From contig JANRIL010000005.1 of assembly GCA_033764955.1 (NCBI GenBank), forward strand, positions 64,001 to 128,000: a stretch of DNA of 64,000 nt. Direction: 5' to 3'. Of this stretch, positions 60,593-64,000 are shown piece after piece. Position 1 is the stretch's first letter. Every line of letters starts with the position of its first letter. Origin of the DNA: Cyanobacteriota bacterium. GTDB lineage: Bacteria; Cyanobacteriota; Cyanobacteriia; Thermostichales; Thermostichaceae. A model generated the notes under the pieces. The model saw only the letters and a list, made by a program, of their open reading frames with translations. It had not been told where the DNA came from and did not search any database. Both the position numbers and the translations under genes were made by a program.

Positions 60593-61771
60593 ATGGCCGA
60601 GGGTTCTCTCAAGTTGGTGTGTAGCCAAAGCAATTTGCATCAGCACTTGGCTTCGGTCAGTCGAGCAGTAGCAAGCCGACCCGCCATGCCGGTGCTAGGC
60701 AATGTTTTGCTAGAAGCCGATGCTGAGCGCGGTATGGTGGCTCTGACGGCCTTTGATCTCAGCCTGGGAATCCGCAGTGAGTTTGCGGCGGCGGTGGAAG
60801 AGGGGGGGCGTACTACCCTACCCGCTCGTCTGCTTAACGATATTGTCAGCCGTTTGCCCAATGGCGATCTCACCCTAGAGCAAGGGGATCCCGATAGTCC
60901 CATGCTGATCACGTCGGGGATGGGGCAATATCAGGTGCGGGGCTTGAATGCGGAAGATTATCCCAGCCTGCCAGAAATTGCGGCGGCTGAAACCTTGCTG
61001 CTCCAGATTGAGAGCCTCTTGCAGGGAATCAGTCAAACCCTGTTTGCGGCCTCCGGTGACGACACCAAGCAGGTTTTAACGGGAGTGCATGTCAAGGTCA
61101 AAATGGAAGATGTCCCCATGTTGGAGTTTGCTGCTACCGATGGGCATCGGCTGGCTACCATGAAGACCCCGCTTCTCACGGATCCGGAGGCGGCTACAAG
61201 CCCATCCCTCCCCTCCCAAAATGTGGCCTTTACCATTCCCGCCCGAACCCTGCGAGAAGTTGAGCGGATTCTCAATCAACAATCGGCTACCACCCTTACC
61301 CTGCAATTTGACCGCAGCCAAGTGCAGTTTGGTCTGGATCACCACCTGATCACCAGCCGCCTGTTGGATGGACAATATCCCGACTATGATCGCCTGATTC
61401 CTACCACCTTTGAACGCTCGGTGACAGCAGAACGCAAGCGCTTGATCGAGTGCCTGGAACGGATTGCTGTGTTTGCTGCTCAAAAGAACGACATTGTAAA
61501 ATTTAGCCTAGCGGTGGATAGTCAGGCTCTCACCATTAGCACCGAAGCTCCTGATGTCGGCAGTGGAGAAGAATCTTTATCCATCCAGTTTTCCGGCACT
61601 GACCTTGAGATTGCTTTTAATGTCAAGTATTTGCTCGATGCCCTAAAAGTGATTCAGACCCAAGAGGTAAAGTTGCTCTTAAATGGAGCCACTCAACCTG
61701 CCATTTGGCAACCGGTGGGAGCCATGCAACTGCGTTATCTAGTCATGCCTGTGCAGATCCGTTCTGCCTAG
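60593..61771 (+). CDS. dnaN: DNA polymerase III beta clamp
   Basis: PVLGNVLL, AFDLSLGI, AATDGHRLA, SRLLDGQYPDY, IAFNVKYLLD, YLVMPVQ. Confidence 0.97.
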   Translation: MAEGSLKLVCSQSNLHQHLASVSRAVASRPAMPVLGNVLLEADAERGMVALTAFDLSLGIRSEFAAAVEEGGRTTLPARLLNDIVSRLPNGDLTLEQGDPDSPMLITSGMGQYQVRGLNAEDYPSLPEIAAAETLLLQIESLLQGISQTLFAASGDDTKQVLTGVHVKVKMEDVPMLEFAATDGHRLATMKTPLLTDPEAATSPSLPSQNVAFTIPARTLREVERILNQQSATTLTLQFDRSQVQFGLDHHLITSRLLDGQYPDYDRLIPTTFERSVTAERKRLIECLERIAVFAAQKNDIVKFSLAVDSQALTISTEAPDVGSGEESLSIQFSGTDLEIAFNVKYLLDALKVIQTQEVKLLLNGATQPAIWQPVGAMQLRYLVMPVQIRSA

Positions 61772-61836
61772 AGAATTGACGCTGAGATGGTCAGTGCGGG
61801 TAGGATGTTTCCCTAGACCTTTTCCTCCTCCGTATT

Positions 61837-63072
61837 ATGGCTAGCATTAACGACCACTATCGCAAGTTAAAAGCAGGCTATTTGTTTCCTGAGATTGCCC
61901 GCCGCGTCAAGGCATTTGCTGCTGATCATCCGCAGGCTACGATCATTCGCATGGGCATTGGGGATGTGACGGAACCCCTACCGGAGGCTTGCCGCCATGC
62001 CATGATCGCCGCCGTAGAAGAAATGGGGGAAGCAGCCACCTTTCGCGGCTACGGACCGGAACAGGGATATGAGTGGCTCAGAGAGGCGATTGCTCAGCAT
62101 GATTTTCAAGCCCGCGGTTGTGAAATTGATGCTTCTGAAATTTTTATTTCCGATGGATCGAAGTGTGATTGTGGCAATATCTTAGATATTTTTGGACATG
62201 ACAATCGCATTGCCGTCACCGATCCGGTCTATCCCGTTTATGTAGATACCAATGTTATGGCAGGTCATACGGGAGAGGCTAATGATCAAGGAGAATTTGC
62301 CGGCTTGACCTATTTGCCGATTACTGCCGCCAATCACTTTACGGCTGAAATTCCTCAGCACAAGGTTGATTTGATTTATCTTTGCTTTCCCAACAACCCG
62401 ACGGGAGCCGTCGCCAGTCGAGATCATCTGCAAGCTTGGGTAGATTATGCGAGAGCCAATCAATCCATTATTTTCTTTGATGCCGCCTACGAAGCCTATA
62501 TTACGGATCCCGATATTCCCCATTCCATTTATGAAATCGAGGGATCCCGTGCCTGTGCCATCGAGTTTCGTTCCTTTTCTAAAACGGCTGGATTTACGGG
62601 AACTCGCTGTGCCTTTACGGTTGTACCGAAGGAGTTGAAGGGATCCGCCGCCGATGGATCGTTAGTAGATATTTGGTCATTATGGAACCGTCGCCAATCC
62701 ACCAAATTTAATGGGGTTTCCTACATCGTGCAACGGGGGGCTGCTGCCGTCTATTCAGAAGCAGGACAAGCCCAGGTGCGTTCTCTAATCTCCTTTTATT
62801 TAGCCAATGCCCAACTGATTCGGGAGAGCCTAACCCAGGCTGGTATCGACGTTTATGGAGGGATCAATGCTCCCTATGTTTGGGTCAAAACCCCGGATCA
62901 CTGGTCGAGTTGGGAGTTTTTTGACAAGTTGCTGCACAGTTGCCATGTGGTAGGAACGCCAGGGGCAGGCTTTGGCAAAGCAGGAGAAGGCTATTTCCGT
63001 TTGTCGGCTTTCAATAGCCGTGCCAATGTAGAGGAAGCCATGCAACGGATCACGAAGACCTTTGCTCGTTGA
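61837..63072 (+). CDS. dapL: LL-diaminopimelate aminotransferase
   Basis: [49 protein letters not shown]. Confidence 0.96.
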   Translation: MASINDHYRKLKAGYLFPEIARRVKAFAADHPQATIIRMGIGDVTEPLPEACRHAMIAAVEEMGEAATFRGYGPEQGYEWLREAIAQHDFQARGCEIDASEIFISDGSKCDCGNILDIFGHDNRIAVTDPVYPVYVDTNVMAGHTGEANDQGEFAGLTYLPITAANHFTAEIPQHKVDLIYLCFPNNPTGAVASRDHLQAWVDYARANQSIIFFDAAYEAYITDPDIPHSIYEIEGSRACAIEFRSFSKTAGFTGTRCAFTVVPKELKGSAADGSLVDIWSLWNRRQSTKFNGVSYIVQRGAAAVYSEAGQAQVRSLISFYLANAQLIRESLTQAGIDVYGGINAPYVWVKTPDHWSSWEFFDKLLHSCHVVGTPGAGFGKAGEGYFRLSAFNSRANVEEAMQRITKTFAR

Positions 63073-63103
63073 GATCGTTAACTATCAGCAAAAGTCCCCG
63101 ATT

Positions 63104-63658
63104 ATGACTCCAGAACAAGAAGCGTTACTTGTCCAGGCTGTGTTAAGGCTAGAGACTAAGCAGGATCGTTTGGAAGACAGCCACACCCATCTGGAAAGAG
63201 TGGTGGCCGAGACTCGGGCTGGGATGCAACAACATCAAGCTGAGTTTCAAAGAGCGATGGCAAATAGCCATGCAGAGTTTGCTCAGATAACGGCACGCCT
63301 GGATGCTCGACAAAGTCGTTTGGAAGAAAGTCAAGCTGAGTTTCAAAGAGCGATGGCAAATAGCCATGCAGAGTTTGCTCAGATAACGGCACGCCTGGAT
63401 GCTCGACAAGGTCGTTTGGAAGAAAGTCAAGCCGAGTTTCAAAGGGTATTATCGGAAACTCGTAGTGATGTTGCTCACTTTACGGAGTGGGCAGAAACCC
63501 TGACTTCGACTCAGGTGACTTTAATGGAAATCCAACAACGACAACAGGAAACAATAGAACGGATCGAGCGACGGCAGGCGGAATCGGATCAACGCTTTGA
63601 GGTGCTATTGCAAGAAATCCGTTATCTGATCCGCCGTCTTGACGGATTGCAATCGTGA
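63104..63658 (+). CDS. Coiled-coil hypothetical protein with internal 32-aa duplication
   Basis: Heptad-rich sequence; C-terminal SDQRFEVLLQEIRYL resembles cyanobacterial coiled-coil families. Confidence 0.7.
   Translation: MTPEQEALLVQAVLRLETKQDRLEDSHTHLERVVAETRAGMQQHQAEFQRAMANSHAEFAQITARLDARQSRLEESQAEFQRAMANSHAEFAQITARLDARQGRLEESQAEFQRVLSETRSDVAHFTEWAETLTSTQVTLMEIQQRQQETIERIERRQAESDQRFEVLLQEIRYLIRRLDGLQS
63235..63444 (+). repeat. 96-bp tandem duplication (about 2.2 copies)
   Basis: Units start at 63235, 63331 and 63427 (TCAAGC.GAGTTTCAAAG); the two full copies differ at one base. Confidence 0.92.
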
Positions 63659-63709
63659 TTCGTTTCTAAACGTCGCCCTATGTCGGTGCATCCATTGTCA
63701 ACATTTTCC

Positions 63710-64000
63710 ATGAGTAGCACCTTACACTTCCTGCTGGCTTCTCCGCAGGCTACCCAAGCTCTGGGACGGCTAGTGGGGAGCTGGGCACAACCGGGATCTC
63801 TTTTCCTGCTAGAGGGAAATTTGGGTTCCGGCAAAACTACATTGGTACAAGGCATAGCGGCGGGCTTAGGCATTCCGGGGGTGATCAACAGTCCAACGTT
63901 TGTCCTGATTCAAGAATACTGGGAGGGACGGATCCCCTTATTTCACTGTGATCTCTATCGTTTATCGCAGGTGGTGGCTGAGGATTTGGGTTTGCCTGAG
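63710..64000 (+). CDS. tsaE: tRNA threonylcarbamoyladenosine biosynthesis ATPase (partial; runs off the window)
   Basis: Manual translation: LLEGNLGSGKTTLVQGIA.GLG, INSPTFVLIQEY.EGRIPLFHCDLYRL. Confidence 0.93.
   Translation, partial: MSSTLHFLLASPQATQALGRLVGSWAQPGSLFLLEGNLGSGKTTLVQGIAAGLGIPGVINSPTFVLIQEYWEGRIPLFHCDLYRLSQVVAEDLGLPE

Larger units (their letters stand above)
1..64000. repeat. Highly iterated palindrome GGGATCCC (HIP1 variant) dispersed through the window
   Basis: GGGATCCC / GGATCC recurs far more often than expected in genes and intergenic DNA (by eye, not counted). Confidence 0.85.

Noticed and set aside
870..63888. Many short antisense or overlapping ORFs in the six-frame track (e.g. 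1210-1776, 8385-8894, 21527-22063, 32662-33282)
   Set aside because: They overlap well-supported genes on another frame or strand and have no recognisable motifs.

Overview
This is a 64 kb chromosomal window from a cyanobacterium. The very frequent GGGATCCC palindrome suggests the Thermostichus / hot-spring Synechococcus OS-A/OS-B' lineage (inference). It carries the probable replication origin (a DnaA-box cluster plus DnaA-trios) upstream of dnaN, many housekeeping genes (ilvD, lgt, pyrH, hom, miaA, apt, dprA, dcd, rpiA, tpiA, rsmH, ilvN, dnaN, dapL, tsaE) and tRNA-Leu(CAG). Accessory content: (i) the 3' end of an integron integrase followed by a decayed attC-like site; (ii) the best candidate for an undescribed system, a TerY-P-like PP2C / Ser-Thr kinase / vWA operon with a nicotinamidase-like gene inside it, divergent from pncB, with an NrtR-type palindrome in front of each transcription unit; (iii) a plasmid-type ParA plus small partner next to a lone Hanks-type kinase and a TA-flanked MITE; (iv) an ~12 kb nitrogen-scavenging cluster with two ABC importers, an AtzF-C-like protein, a formamidase-like enzyme, and biuret- and triuret-hydrolase-like genes; (v) a secreted YHS protein with five NPCAG repeats, an FHA-MshEN fusion and a catalytically degenerate S41 protease homologue. 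All calls come from motif recognition by eye; no database searches were run. Where a start differs from the ORF track, I chose it from RBS or family context.
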